In this document: one piece after another, positions 11,800 to 22,525 of the stretch
Layout: each line of letters starts with the position of its first letter
Numbering within the stretch: the stretch's first letter is position 1
From: an uncultured delta proteobacterium
Lineage (GTDB): Bacteria; Desulfobacterota; Desulfomonilia; UBA1062
Reading direction: 5' to 3'
Assembly (NCBI GenBank): GCA_963798485.1
Contig: CAWCTR010000009.1
Coordinates: 1 to 64,000 of the forward strand
Length of the DNA: 64,000 nt
Notes under the pieces: model-generated
What the model saw: the letters and a program-made list of their open reading frames with translations, nothing else
Databases searched by the model: none
What the model was told of the DNA's origin: nothing
Made by a program: the position numbers and the translations under genes

Positions 11800-13494
11800 A
11801 TGGCCCAAGATAGAACCGATGCATTCCTGCGAATGATCCGCCTGTCCCAACGTGGACGGTTGAAAATATACCTTGGATATGCTGCAGGTGTCGGCAAGAC
11901 CTATGAGATGCTCCAGGAGGCACACCGGCTGAAGGCGGAAGGCATCGATGTGGTGGTCGGACTGGTCGAAACGCACGGCCGTGCGGGGACCGCCAAGCTC
12001 CTGGAAGGCCTTGAAATAATCCCCAGGCGGAAGCAGGAATATCAAGGGATCATCCTGGAGGAAATGGATCTCGATGCCATTCTGATACGCAAACCCGGTA
12101 TCGTTCTCGTAGACGAACTTGCCCATACAAACGTACCAGAGAGCCGGAATCCCAAACGATATGAGGATGTCCAGGATATCCTTGCCCAAGGGATTCATGT
12201 CATCACGACCTTAAATATTCAACACCTGGAGAGCCTCTATGATATCGTTGAGAGGGCTTCCGGTGTCAAAGTGCATGAGCGTCTTCCCGACTCTATCCTG
12301 ACCGAGGCGGACCAGATCGTAAACGTCGACGTAACCCCCGAAGACTTAAACGACCGGCTGAAGGAGGGTAAGATATATTCCAAGGAAAGGGTCGAGACCG
12401 CCCTGGCAAACTTCTTCAAAAAGACAAATCTGACTCAGCTCCGCGAACTTACGCTTCGTGAGCTCGCGTCACAACTCGACGTGCGCTCGCGGGACGACCA
12501 GGGAAAAGACATGAGTGCAACCCCTGACCAGATCATGGTTTGCCTCAGCAGCAGGGGACCCAACAGCGAAAGGCTCCTCAGGTATGCGTCACGGGTAGCC
12601 GGCAGGCTCAACCGCAATTGGTATGCCGTGTATGTCCAGACACCCTCAGAAGACCCGACGGTCATTGACGCCAAGATCCAGCGCCTCATTTCGAATACAC
12701 TCACCCTTGCCAAGCAGCTCGGTGCAATCGTCTTCACGTTCAAGGGCGAAGACATCGTGAGCACCATCCTGCAGTTTGCAAAGGAGTACCGGGTCGGTCA
12801 CATCGTCATCGGCAGCCCTGATAAGATCCCTTTCAGAAAACGGATATTCGGCAAACGGAGCATTGCTGAACAGCTTATCCAGGAGGCGGTGGGCGTCACG
12901 GTCGTTGTCCTGGACACCAAGACATCCGAGTCGGAGTATGCCCTTAAGGTGGAAGAAAAGGCAGTCCCAAAGAAACCGGGCCCCTCACATGCCCCTTCTC
13001 CGGGAGACAGCCTTGGGGGCTTAAGCCGGTTTCTATCACCCAAAGGCGTCCTCGTCTGGAATGAGCCGGTAGCAAAGGATGTCCTGTTGCAAGGGCTTAC
13101 AGAGGTTGCCGCACAATGCGTGGACAACTCTCATCAAAGCCTGAAATACCTTTCGGCCATCCTGGAAAGAGAAAACCAGGGGTCTACCTTTTTCAACGAA
13201 GGGGTTGCCTTTCCCCATGCGAGGATCGAGGGACTTAAACAGGCATGTGTTGCCTTCGGACTTACCCATGGAGGTGTTTCCGACGTGACTACGGACACAC
13301 CCATCGGGTGCGTCTTCCTCATTTTATCACCAATGGAAAACCCTGACCAACAGATCCAAATCCTGGGTCTTGCCAGCAAGCTGGCCCAGGACAGGCACCT
13401 CATGGGCACTCTCCAATCTGCTATGAGACCTGAAGAGGCATATGAAGCCATCCGGGATTGGGAATTTGTCCAGAACAATAAGACGGATGAATAA
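11800..13494 (+). CDS. kdpD: Soluble KdpD N-terminal domain + USP domain + PTS EIIA domain fusion
   Basis: GYAAGVGKT, VDELAHTN, USP segment (MVCLSS...IVIG), EIIA motif RENQGSTFFNEGVAFPHAR; no TM or kinase domains. Confidence 0.87.
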   Translation: MAQDRTDAFLRMIRLSQRGRLKIYLGYAAGVGKTYEMLQEAHRLKAEGIDVVVGLVETHGRAGTAKLLEGLEIIPRRKQEYQGIILEEMDLDAILIRKPGIVLVDELAHTNVPESRNPKRYEDVQDILAQGIHVITTLNIQHLESLYDIVERASGVKVHERLPDSILTEADQIVNVDVTPEDLNDRLKEGKIYSKERVETALANFFKKTNLTQLRELTLRELASQLDVRSRDDQGKDMSATPDQIMVCLSSRGPNSERLLRYASRVAGRLNRNWYAVYVQTPSEDPTVIDAKIQRLISNTLTLAKQLGAIVFTFKGEDIVSTILQFAKEYRVGHIVIGSPDKIPFRKRIFGKRSIAEQLIQEAVGVTVVVLDTKTSESEYALKVEEKAVPKKPGPSHAPSPGDSLGGLSRFLSPKGVLVWNEPVAKDVLLQGLTEVAAQCVDNSHQSLKYLSAILERENQGSTFFNEGVAFPHARIEGLKQACVAFGLTHGGVSDVTTDTPIGCVFLILSPMENPDQQIQILGLASKLAQDRHLMGTLQSAMRPEEAYEAIRDWEFVQNNKTDE

Positions 13495-13522
13495 TGAACA
13501 CACCGATAGGAGGACCTACCCT

Positions 13523-13618
13523 ATGAACCTAATAATCTGGCTTCCGGCAATGTTTCTCTTGGGCCTGGTATCCATGGGCCTTTGTTTCCTATTCTTAAAA
13601 GCATGTGAAAAAATTTAA
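13523..13618 (+). CDS. 31-aa hydrophobic peptide upstream of kdpF
   Basis: Manual translation MNLIIWLPAMFLLGLVSMGLCFLFLKACEKI; AGGAGG RBS. Confidence 0.75.
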   Translation: MNLIIWLPAMFLLGLVSMGLCFLFLKACEKI

Positions 13619-13637
13619 AAAGGATGAGGTGATGCCA

Positions 13638-13718
13638 GTGATCTATCTGACAGCGGCCGTAGCGGCCTTCTTGATCGTTTATCTATTTGTGGCCCTCGTG
13701 CGGCCGGAATGGTTTTAA
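13638..13718 (+). CDS. kdpF: K+-transporting ATPase subunit F
   Basis: GTG start after GAGGTG; MIYLTAAVAAFLIVYLFVALVRPEWF with the YL..AL.RPE.F signature. Confidence 0.88.
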   Translation: MIYLTAAVAAFLIVYLFVALVRPEWF

Positions 13719-13765
13719 AGCCAATACATCAACGGATACCGATGCACTAAAAAGGAGTCAAAACT

Positions 13766-15598
13766 ATGTTTGTAAAGATCTGGTTACTTCCATTCGCGCT
13801 TCTTGCGGCAGCGACCCTTATTGCGTTTCCTCTGAGTCGCTACCTGGCGTGGATCATGGACGGAAAATATAAACCTCTGGGCATCTTCGGCTGGTTCGAA
13901 AATCATTTGAACAGTGGGGCACAGAACTGGAAGCAGTATGCAGGCTCCCTGCTCCTTTTCAATACCCTGCTTTTCGTATTCGGCTTCCTTGTCCTGGCAC
14001 TGCAGCCATGGATGCCGTTGAATCCTGATGGCAAGGGCATGCTGGCCCCCAGCACCATCTTCCACAGCGTTTCATCGTTCATGACGAACACGGACCTCCA
14101 GCACTATTCAGGGGAGGTCCATCTGTCAAACTTCAGCCAGATCTTCTTCGGCATAGCCAATCTCTTCCTGTCGGCTGCCATCGGGTTGTGTTCACTGACC
14201 GCCATCATCCGGGCCTTCCGTGGGGAATCGAAGGTCGGCAACTTTTTTGTGGACATGTGGCGGGTGCTGGTCTACCTGTTCGTGCCCTTTGCCTTCGTCA
14301 TAGGCCTCATTTTCGTGCAGCAAGGCAGTCCCATGACGCTGCAAACTTCTTCTTACCATGTCTCCACCCTCGAACCTGCAGCCATGGGAACCACGGACAA
14401 AGGTGAAGCCAAACAGCAGACCATTGTGGTCGGCCCGGTTGCAGCCTTCGAGTCCATCAAGATGCTCGGTACCAACGGCGGCGGGTTCTACGGTATGAAT
14501 TCAGCTCACCCCTTTGAGAATCCCACTGCAGTATCCAACTTCGTGAACACCCTTTCCATGATGATCTTTCCGTTCGCGCTGGTGCTCATGTACGGCCGTA
14601 TGCTCGGTCGATTCCGGCATGGTCTCGTCATCTTCCTGGTCATGCTGGCATTGATGACCTGCACTATCGTCTGGTCGGTCTGTTTTGACACGCTGATGCC
14701 GAACCCCTCCTTGACCGGCCATCCTGTAGCACGGACGTTCGAAATACCCAGTGCATCGGCACCGGGTGGAAAACGGGTAGTGACCCTGCCGGCCGTCGCG
14801 GGCCTGCCCGTGGATCAGCACCTGGGCAACCTCGAGGGCAAAGAGATGCGCTTCGGAACTTCGGCAGGTGCTACCTTCGATGCGCTGACAACCGATGTGA
14901 CGTGCGGTGCGGTGAATGCGGAAGAAGACAGCCTCAACCCCATAGCCGCCCTGTCGCCCATGGCCGGTATGTGGCTGAACTGCATCTTCGGCGGCAAAGG
15001 CGTGGGCATGATCAATATGTTGCTCTACCTGATCATCGGGATTTTTCTGGCCGGTATGATGGTCGGCCGTACGCCCGAATACCTTGGTAAAAAGATCGGG
15101 GCCCGCGAGGTAAAGCTTGCGGTGATCGCACTGCTGGTCCATCCCATCATGATCCTTTCTTCTACAGGTCTTTTTGCTGCGACGAGCTGGGGATTACAGG
15201 CAGTCAGCAATCCCGGAGCGCATGGGTTTTCACAGATGCTATATCAGTTCTCCTCCGCTTCAGCCAACAACGGCTCCGCATTTGACGGACTGGGGGTTGT
15301 CTACGGTTTTGCGAATAATCCGAATCCCGCACCGATGGCTATTCCCTGGGACATTGCCACAGGTCTTGTCATCATAATCAGCCGTTTTCTCCCCATCATT
15401 GCCCCTATAGCCATGGCGGCATTTCTCGGGGCGAAAAAAACCAGCCCGTTCGGTCTTGGGACTTTGCGCGATGACACCCCCACCTTCGGGTTCCTTTTGC
15501 TAGGTACGATTCTCATTATAGGAGCATTGCTCTTCCTGCCGGTTGCTGCACTAGGGCCGATTGCAGAGCATTTTGGGCCCATCCCTTTCGGTGGCTGA
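13766..15598 (+). CDS. kdpA: K+-transporting ATPase subunit A
   Basis: SFMTNT, LGTNGGG, NNGSAF and MVGRTPEYLGKK motifs. Confidence 0.96.
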   Translation: MFVKIWLLPFALLAAATLIAFPLSRYLAWIMDGKYKPLGIFGWFENHLNSGAQNWKQYAGSLLLFNTLLFVFGFLVLALQPWMPLNPDGKGMLAPSTIFHSVSSFMTNTDLQHYSGEVHLSNFSQIFFGIANLFLSAAIGLCSLTAIIRAFRGESKVGNFFVDMWRVLVYLFVPFAFVIGLIFVQQGSPMTLQTSSYHVSTLEPAAMGTTDKGEAKQQTIVVGPVAAFESIKMLGTNGGGFYGMNSAHPFENPTAVSNFVNTLSMMIFPFALVLMYGRMLGRFRHGLVIFLVMLALMTCTIVWSVCFDTLMPNPSLTGHPVARTFEIPSASAPGGKRVVTLPAVAGLPVDQHLGNLEGKEMRFGTSAGATFDALTTDVTCGAVNAEEDSLNPIAALSPMAGMWLNCIFGGKGVGMINMLLYLIIGIFLAGMMVGRTPEYLGKKIGAREVKLAVIALLVHPIMILSSTGLFAATSWGLQAVSNPGAHGFSQMLYQFSSASANNGSAFDGLGVVYGFANNPNPAPMAIPWDIATGLVIIISRFLPIIAPIAMAAFLGAKKTSPFGLGTLRDDTPTFGFLLLGTILIIGALLFLPVAALGPIAEHFGPIPFGG

Positions 15599-15682
15599 TC
15601 TGGAACGTTAGAATCGCTTAAAAACTCATCGATACGCTAACGAGGAATTGTGAGATGAATCAAGTGCTCAAAGGAGTGCGAC

Positions 15683-17845
15683 ATGAATAAGGTAGCAGAT
15701 ATTACAGAAACCATACAGGAGGCTCATGCAACACCGGGCCTGCCTCAGTCGCTGCGCCGCTATAAGCCGCGACGTCTGCTGGAGAAGGAAACAGCAACGG
15801 CGGCTTTGAAACAGGCCTTCATCATGCTGCGGCCGGACATCCAGTGGAATAATCCCGTCATGTTCGTGGTTGAGATCGGGGCCTTTCTGACCCTGTTCTA
15901 TATCGTGCAGATGGCATTGAGTAAGGCTATTAGCGAGGTCCCGATAAGTTATTTTATTTGGATTGATGTATGGCTTTTCCTGACCGTGCTGTTCGCGAAC
16001 TTTGCAACTGCCCTGGCTGAAGCACGCGGTAAGGCCCAGGCCCAATCGCTCAGGAAAACCCGTCATGACACTATGGCCTATCGCCTGAATGAGGCCGACA
16101 CCATCGAAGAAGTTTCCTCTTCTGAGTTGAAAACGGGTGATCGGGTTGTCGTGCAGGCAGGGCAGACGATCCCTGGTGATGGGGATGTTATTGAAGGGAT
16201 TGCCTCCGTCGACGAGGCCGCTATTACCGGCGAATCGGCCCCGGTCATCAGGGCTGCAGGCGGCGATCGGTCCGGTGTGACCGGGGGCACCATAGTCCTT
16301 TCCGACCGGGTCGTCGTCAAGATCACCAGCGGCGCCGGTGAGTCGTTCCTCGACAAGATGATCGCCCTGGTTGAAGGGGCCATCCGCCAGCGGACCCCGA
16401 ACGAGATTGCTTTGACCCTGGTGCTATCGGCCTTTACGCTGATCTTCCTGATTGTGGTGATTCCGCTCTGGCCCATGGCATTAAACGCCGAGCAATACAT
16501 GATGGGCTACCTGGGCATCCAGAAGCCCTTGAAAAGCCTCGGCACCGATGTCCCCACCCTCATTGCCTTAATCGTCTGCCTCATTCCCACCACCATCGGA
16601 GCTTTGCTTGCCGCTATAGGGATTGCGGGCATGGACCGGGCTCTGCAGGCCAACATTATCGCCAAGAGCGGCAAGGCAGTGGAACTGGCCGGAGACATCG
16701 ATGTCGTGATGCTGGATAAGACAGGTACTATCACTATAGGAAACCGTAAAGCGACATCATTCCTGCCGATCGGTACGTATTCCGCCGAGACTGTAGGCAG
16801 GCTGGCCGCCCTGGCATCAGCCGCCGATGAGACCCCCGAGGGAAAGAGCATCGTGGAGCTGTTCGAGAACCAGAGCAAGCTGCCTGTCAGCATGCCGGGA
16901 AACACGAAGTTTGTCCCTTTTACCGCGCAAACCCGCATGAGCGGTATTGATCTTCCTGACGGGAGACGGATCCGCAAAGGGGCGCCGGACGCCGTCATGA
17001 AGTTTGTGGAGGTAAATAAGGGCAGCGTGCCGGGTGATCTTAAGTTATTGGTTAACGCCGTCGCAACCAAGGGTGCAACCCCCCTGGTCGTGGCTGATGA
17101 CGCCAATATAGCCGGCGTGGTCGTTCTTGAAGATATCTTGAAGCCCCATATGCAGGAGCGTTTCGAGAGGTTGAGGAAGATGGGGCTCAGGACGGTCATG
17201 ATCACCGGAGACAATCCCCTGACAGCCGCAACCATCGCAAGACAGGCGGGGGTTGATGACTTTCTCGCAGAGGCCACACCAGAGACCAAGCTCGCTTACA
17301 TCCGGAAAGAGCAAGCTGACGGGAAGCTGGTAGCGATGATGGGTGACGGCACAAACGATGCCCCGGCCCTGGCCCAGGCGGACGTCGCCCTGGCCATGAA
17401 CGCAGGCACGCAGGCGGCCAAAGAGGCGGCCAACATGGTCGATCTGGACAGCGACCCCACCAAGCTGATCGAGGTCGTGGAAGTCGGTAAGCAGCTCCTG
17501 ATGACGCGGGGATCCCTGACAACATTCTCAATAGCCAATGACGTGGCAAAATATTTTGCGATCATTCCTGCGCTTTTTGCGGGCACACTGCCGTGGCTCA
17601 AGGTGATGGACATCATGCATCTGCACTCACCGACCTCGGCAATCCTGTCGGCCGTGATCTTCAATGCGATTATCATCCCCATGCTCATCCCGGTGGCGCT
17701 CAAGGGCGTTTCATATAAGCCGCTCGGAGCTGATGCCCTGTTTCGCAGGAATATACTCATCTGGGGTCTCGGCGGCGTGGTTATCCCCTTTATCGGAATC
17801 AAACTGATCGACCTCGTTATAGTTGGGTTTCACCTAGTGAATTGA
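15683..17845 (+). CDS. kdpB: K+-transporting ATPase subunit B
   Basis: [27 protein letters not shown]. Confidence 0.97.
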   Translation: MNKVADITETIQEAHATPGLPQSLRRYKPRRLLEKETATAALKQAFIMLRPDIQWNNPVMFVVEIGAFLTLFYIVQMALSKAISEVPISYFIWIDVWLFLTVLFANFATALAEARGKAQAQSLRKTRHDTMAYRLNEADTIEEVSSSELKTGDRVVVQAGQTIPGDGDVIEGIASVDEAAITGESAPVIRAAGGDRSGVTGGTIVLSDRVVVKITSGAGESFLDKMIALVEGAIRQRTPNEIALTLVLSAFTLIFLIVVIPLWPMALNAEQYMMGYLGIQKPLKSLGTDVPTLIALIVCLIPTTIGALLAAIGIAGMDRALQANIIAKSGKAVELAGDIDVVMLDKTGTITIGNRKATSFLPIGTYSAETVGRLAALASAADETPEGKSIVELFENQSKLPVSMPGNTKFVPFTAQTRMSGIDLPDGRRIRKGAPDAVMKFVEVNKGSVPGDLKLLVNAVATKGATPLVVADDANIAGVVVLEDILKPHMQERFERLRKMGLRTVMITGDNPLTAATIARQAGVDDFLAEATPETKLAYIRKEQADGKLVAMMGDGTNDAPALAQADVALAMNAGTQAAKEAANMVDLDSDPTKLIEVVEVGKQLLMTRGSLTTFSIANDVAKYFAIIPALFAGTLPWLKVMDIMHLHSPTSAILSAVIFNAIIIPMLIPVALKGVSYKPLGADALFRRNILIWGLGGVVIPFIGIKLIDLVIVGFHLVN

Positions 17846-17870
17846 CATTTGAAAAACAAGGAGACTACTC

Positions 17871-18893
17871 ATGATGCGATATCTTTCAAAAAGTGTCCTG
17901 TTGCTGATATTCATGGTGTTCATTCTCTGCATTCTTTATCCGTTCGGATTGTGGCTGATCGGACAGACCATATTCCCCTTTCAGGCCAATGGCAGCATGC
18001 TGAAAGGCCCGGATGGGAAAGTGATAGGATCGAGGCTCATAGCCCAGCCGTTCACCAAGGATGAATACTTCCAGCCGCGTCCATCTGCTGCGTCCTATGA
18101 TGCCTCTGCATCAGCCTCATCGACCCTTGCGGCATCCAACTATGCGCTACGCGACAGGGTCGCACGCACACTCGGTCCGATTGTGAAATATCGCAGCGGC
18201 TCCAAGAAAGGGCAGCTTGCGGCACCGGATATAGAACTCTGGTTCCAGAAAAATGTCTTTCAGGGCAAGCCGCAGATTGTTGCCCAATGGGCCGAAGCGC
18301 ACAATTCCCTTGCCCAGGCCTGGGTCAATGCGGACCCGAAAAACGCCAAGTTTGTAGAAGACTGGGAAAAGACGCATCCTGCATTGGTGGCCAAGTGGAT
18401 CAAAGACAATCCGGGCACCCCTCAGCCAAAGGCTCCAGATCTGGCTGTTTTATTCTTCGAGAATATTTCCTCGGAATTCCCTGGTAAATTCCCTTCTTCC
18501 GTCACCAAACAAACAGCCGGTGGCAAGACTGAAACAACAATCGAACCTGTCAAAGAAGGCTCGGATATTCAGTCGATCTTCTTTGATATGTGGCGGCAGG
18601 ACCATCCTGATGCCACCCTCCAGGACATCCCCGGCGACCTTGCCACCACTTCCGCTTCCGGACTCGATCCTCATATCACGCTTCAAAATGCCGAGTATCA
18701 GCTCGACCGGGTCGCATCCAAATGGGCCTCTGATACGAAACGCGACCCGGCTTCAGTCCGAAAAGAGATCGAACAGATACTTGATAAGAACGCCACGGCG
18801 CCGTTTGACGGACTTGTGGGGGAGAAGATCGTCAACGTGCTTGAAGTCAATCTCGATCTTTGCAAAAAATATGGATTGCCGCCGGTACAATAA
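17871..18893 (+). CDS. kdpC: K+-transporting ATPase subunit C with large insertion
   Basis: QANGS, YFQPRPSA, SASGLDPHI, VNVLEVN; 340 aa. Confidence 0.9.
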   Translation: MMRYLSKSVLLLIFMVFILCILYPFGLWLIGQTIFPFQANGSMLKGPDGKVIGSRLIAQPFTKDEYFQPRPSAASYDASASASSTLAASNYALRDRVARTLGPIVKYRSGSKKGQLAAPDIELWFQKNVFQGKPQIVAQWAEAHNSLAQAWVNADPKNAKFVEDWEKTHPALVAKWIKDNPGTPQPKAPDLAVLFFENISSEFPGKFPSSVTKQTAGGKTETTIEPVKEGSDIQSIFFDMWRQDHPDATLQDIPGDLATTSASGLDPHITLQNAEYQLDRVASKWASDTKRDPASVRKEIEQILDKNATAPFDGLVGEKIVNVLEVNLDLCKKYGLPPVQ

Positions 18894-19082
18894 TTTTAAC
18901 AGGATAGGAGGTAAGTGAAAAGTTGAGACGGTGCCGGTGTAAGAATGCCGGACAAAGGACTGGCCAGGGTAAATTAAATGTCTATTAAATATAGAGTAGC
19001 TATAATTTCGTAAAAGCCTATACCTATTCTTATCATGATCCTGTGATTGACAACCCGGATTCAAGCTGCTTCAAGGACAATC

Positions 19083-20606
19083 ATGGACCTTGTGCTCATC
19101 CACCCGCCTGTATCACGGCCGTGCGAACCCCCTGCCGGTTTAGCAAGGCTGGCCGGCGCCTTGAAGGCGCATGGCAGGCAGTGCCTGGTCATCGATGCGA
19201 ATATGGAAGGGCTGATATCCCTCCTGAAGAACAAAGGAACAGCAGAAGATACCTGGACCAGGCGGGCATCCTTACACCTGGAGGAGAACCTCGCTTCCAT
19301 CAAAAACGGCGAGGCATTCAAAAACATCAGCCGCTACACAAAAACGGTTAGGGAGATAAGCCGCATCCTTGAGGTCAACTCAAAGGCATTTGTAACACAA
19401 GTGAACCTTACGAACTTTCAGCATGACACCCTCTCGCCGGTCAGCAGCATCGACCTGATTCATTCGTCTGAACATCCTGAGGAGAATGTATTCTACCCAT
19501 ATTTTAAGCAGCGGTTTTCCTCCATCCTGGAGGAACATGAACCACGCATAGTGGGATTCTCACTCAACTATCTGAGCCAGGCCCTTACCACCTTTGCAAT
19601 GATAGGCCTTCTCAGGCAGTTAACCCCACAGGTGAAAATCATCCTCGGCGGCGGGCTCATCACCTCATGGATGAAGAGACCGGATTGGCATGACCCTTTC
19701 GGAGGACTCGTGGATGAGCTGGTGGAAGGCCCCGGTGAAGGACGTATCCTTGCGCTTGCAGGCCTTGAAAGCTGTGAGGGGAAAACACTGCCGGACTACA
19801 CGGCATTTTGGCATAACGGATACCTCTCTCCGGGAAGGATACTCCCTTTCAGCACCTCTACAGGCTGCTACTGGGGCAAGTGCTCCTTTTGCCCGGAAAA
19901 GGCCGAGAGGAACCGATATTCCTGTATCCCGGCAAGGGATGTCCCTGCGGAACTTGGTGCTCTGGTGCAATTGGATTCACCCGGCCTTGTTCACATAACG
20001 GATAATGCCTTGAGCCCCAGCCTGCTCACGGCCATGACTGATTATGATTCAGGCGTACCCTGGTACGGATTCGCCAGGATCACGCATCACTTGACCGATA
20101 AGGACTTCTGTCTGGCGCTCAAGAAATCCGGGTGCATAATGCTCCAGCTCGGTCTGGAGTCGGGTGACCAGGCAATCCTTGACGAACTCGGCAAGGGTAT
20201 CGACCTTGACGAATCGGCAAAGGCCCTTGCCACACTCCATGATGCAGGCATTGCCACATATGTATACCTGCTGTTCGGCACCCCTGTGGAGGACGAGTTG
20301 TGCGCACGCAAAACCCTTTATTATGTAACGAAGCACGCCGGTTCCATGGACTTTCTCAATATATCCATCTTCAACCTCCCCAGGGGCGGTCAGGATGCAG
20401 ATAATCTTCAGACATACGACTTTTTTGACGGCGACCTCTCGCTCTACCAGGGCTTCATCCACCCAAAGGGATGGGACAGAAACAGGGTGAGGCAGTTCCT
20501 GGACAAGGAATTCAAGCGCCACCCGATTATCTCCCGCATCATCAGACGAGACCCGCCGTATTTTACGTCGAATCATGCCCCGTTCTTCATCCTGTTCTCC
20601 TTATAA
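19083..20606 (+). CDS. B12-binding-like radical SAM protein
   Basis: VLIHPP N-terminus; CYWGKCSFC motif; LGLESG. Confidence 0.85.
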   Translation: MDLVLIHPPVSRPCEPPAGLARLAGALKAHGRQCLVIDANMEGLISLLKNKGTAEDTWTRRASLHLEENLASIKNGEAFKNISRYTKTVREISRILEVNSKAFVTQVNLTNFQHDTLSPVSSIDLIHSSEHPEENVFYPYFKQRFSSILEEHEPRIVGFSLNYLSQALTTFAMIGLLRQLTPQVKIILGGGLITSWMKRPDWHDPFGGLVDELVEGPGEGRILALAGLESCEGKTLPDYTAFWHNGYLSPGRILPFSTSTGCYWGKCSFCPEKAERNRYSCIPARDVPAELGALVQLDSPGLVHITDNALSPSLLTAMTDYDSGVPWYGFARITHHLTDKDFCLALKKSGCIMLQLGLESGDQAILDELGKGIDLDESAKALATLHDAGIATYVYLLFGTPVEDELCARKTLYYVTKHAGSMDFLNISIFNLPRGGQDADNLQTYDFFDGDLSLYQGFIHPKGWDRNRVRQFLDKEFKRHPIISRIIRRDPPYFTSNHAPFFILFSL

Positions 20607-20747
20607 TTGAATTATTTACTGGCTTTCTTCGGAAAATAGGCTATAAGGCGCTCAAGATAAATCTTTGCACCACCTTCAAAGGTATCTCTTGCTGAGCCTT
20701 TGTGTGTCTGCGAGATGTTTTACTACAACAAACAAAGGAGTTTCAGC

Positions 20748-22331
20748 TTGGAACACTTCAAAGTCCTCGGCCTGTCGGAGGCCATGCTCAAAACACTTAC
20801 CAATAGAGGCTTCAGCGAGCCCACACCTATTCAGAAGGCAATAATCCCGTTTCTCCTGAACGAAGACCGCGACGTGGTCGCCCAGGCCGAGACGGGCACA
20901 GGCAAGACAGCCGCCTTTGCCATCCCCATCATCGAAGGGATTGAAGCACCGGACGGGAAGGTTAAGGCCCTCGTTTTAGTACCCACCAGGGAGCTTGCCC
21001 TCCAGGTGGCCCACGAGATCAAATCGTTCAAGGGAAAAAAGAAGATCGAGATCGTAGCCGTCTACGGGGGCCAGCCCTTCGGCCCGCAGCGCAGCGCCTT
21101 GAAGAAGGCCGATATCGTGGTAGGCACCACGGGACGTATCCTCGATCATCTGGAAAAGGGGACACTGCGCCTGGATAACGTGACGCACCTGGTGCTCGAC
21201 GAGGCCGATGAGATGCTTGATATGGGGTTCATCGACGACATCAAGGCCATTCTTGAAAAAACACCGTTTGGACGCCGCACCATGCTCTTTTCCGCTACCA
21301 TGCCCCGGGAAGTAGTCACAATAGCCAAACGCCACATGCGCAACTATGAAACCATCACTACAAGCCCCATCAAGAAGGCCCAGCAGCTCACGGACCAGAT
21401 CTTCATACCTGTCCGCCAGCCCGACAAGTTCGATGCATTGTGCCGCATCATCGATGTGGAGCCGGAGTTTTACGGCCTGGTCTTCTGCCGGACCCGTATT
21501 GAGACCGCAGAGATAGCGGAAAGACTGGTTGCAAACGGTTATGACGCATCAGGCATTCACGGTGAGATCGACCAGCGTGAGAGGGAGCAGATCATGCGGC
21601 GGTTTCGTGAAAAGAACATAACCATCCTGGTCGCCACTGATGTGGCTGCCCGGGGTATCGATATCAACAACCTCTCCCACGTCATCAACTACGCCCTGCC
21701 CCAGGACCCGGATGCCTATGTCCACCGTATCGGCCGCACCGGCCGGGCCGGTAAAAAAGGCATAGCCATCACCCTGGTAACCCCGCAGGAACAACGCGCA
21801 CTGGACCTGATTCGCCGCACCTCCGGGTCCGGCATGCGTAAAGGTGAAATACCCGGCGTAAGGGATATCATTGAACTCAAGCGCACCAGGATCAAGGACG
21901 AGGTACTAAAGGTCATGGGCGAAGAAGACCTTGGGCCATACGCATTGCTGGCTGCTGAGCTCTTGGAGACCGGAGACCCTGCAACCATATTGGCAGCCTG
22001 CCTCCGCCATAGTTTTGCCGATGAGCTGGACCCGAAGTCCTATAAAGAGATCCGCACCGTGACCCACACAGATACAAAGGCACACACACGGCTCTTTGTG
22101 GCGCGCGGCCGCAAGCACGGCATGACACCCCAGAACATCCTGCGCTTCATCCGGGAGCAAACAGGGGTAAAGGAGAAGCTCGTGAGCAACATCGAGATAA
22201 AAGACGACTTCACCTTTATCAGCGTGCCCCAGGCCGAGGCTGATGTGATCCAGAAACAATTCAGCCACAAGCGCGGCCGGCCGCTCATCAGCATCGCCAA
22301 ACCGGAGCAGCGCCGCAGGATGGCCGGCTGA
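20748..22331 (+). CDS. DEAD-box RNA helicase with C-terminal DbpA-type RNA-binding domain
   Basis: AETGTGKT, PTRELA, DEAD, SAT, HRIGRTGRAG; TTG start after AAGGAG. Confidence 0.93.
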   Translation: MEHFKVLGLSEAMLKTLTNRGFSEPTPIQKAIIPFLLNEDRDVVAQAETGTGKTAAFAIPIIEGIEAPDGKVKALVLVPTRELALQVAHEIKSFKGKKKIEIVAVYGGQPFGPQRSALKKADIVVGTTGRILDHLEKGTLRLDNVTHLVLDEADEMLDMGFIDDIKAILEKTPFGRRTMLFSATMPREVVTIAKRHMRNYETITTSPIKKAQQLTDQIFIPVRQPDKFDALCRIIDVEPEFYGLVFCRTRIETAEIAERLVANGYDASGIHGEIDQREREQIMRRFREKNITILVATDVAARGIDINNLSHVINYALPQDPDAYVHRIGRTGRAGKKGIAITLVTPQEQRALDLIRRTSGSGMRKGEIPGVRDIIELKRTRIKDEVLKVMGEEDLGPYALLAAELLETGDPATILAACLRHSFADELDPKSYKEIRTVTHTDTKAHTRLFVARGRKHGMTPQNILRFIREQTGVKEKLVSNIEIKDDFTFISVPQAEADVIQKQFSHKRGRPLISIAKPEQRRRMAG

Positions 22332-22469
22332 AAAATCGGAAGGCATTACGAAATGCCCCGGTCTCTTCTGTGAGCATGTCACCTTCCCGGCACAGATCTC
22401 AATCCCGGATCTTCAGTTATCAGACATTATAAACCCAGTATGGCATCCCCGGAATTATGCGCAGATATG

Positions 22470-22498
22470 AAAAGTCCGGCAGCTTTTAACTGCCGGAC
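22470..22498. terminator. Hairpin terminator between convergent genes
   Basis: gtccggcag-ctttta-a-ctgccggac with flanking A tract. Confidence 0.6.
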
Positions 22499-22525
22499 CT
22501 AATACGTCTTACTATTGTTAAGAGG

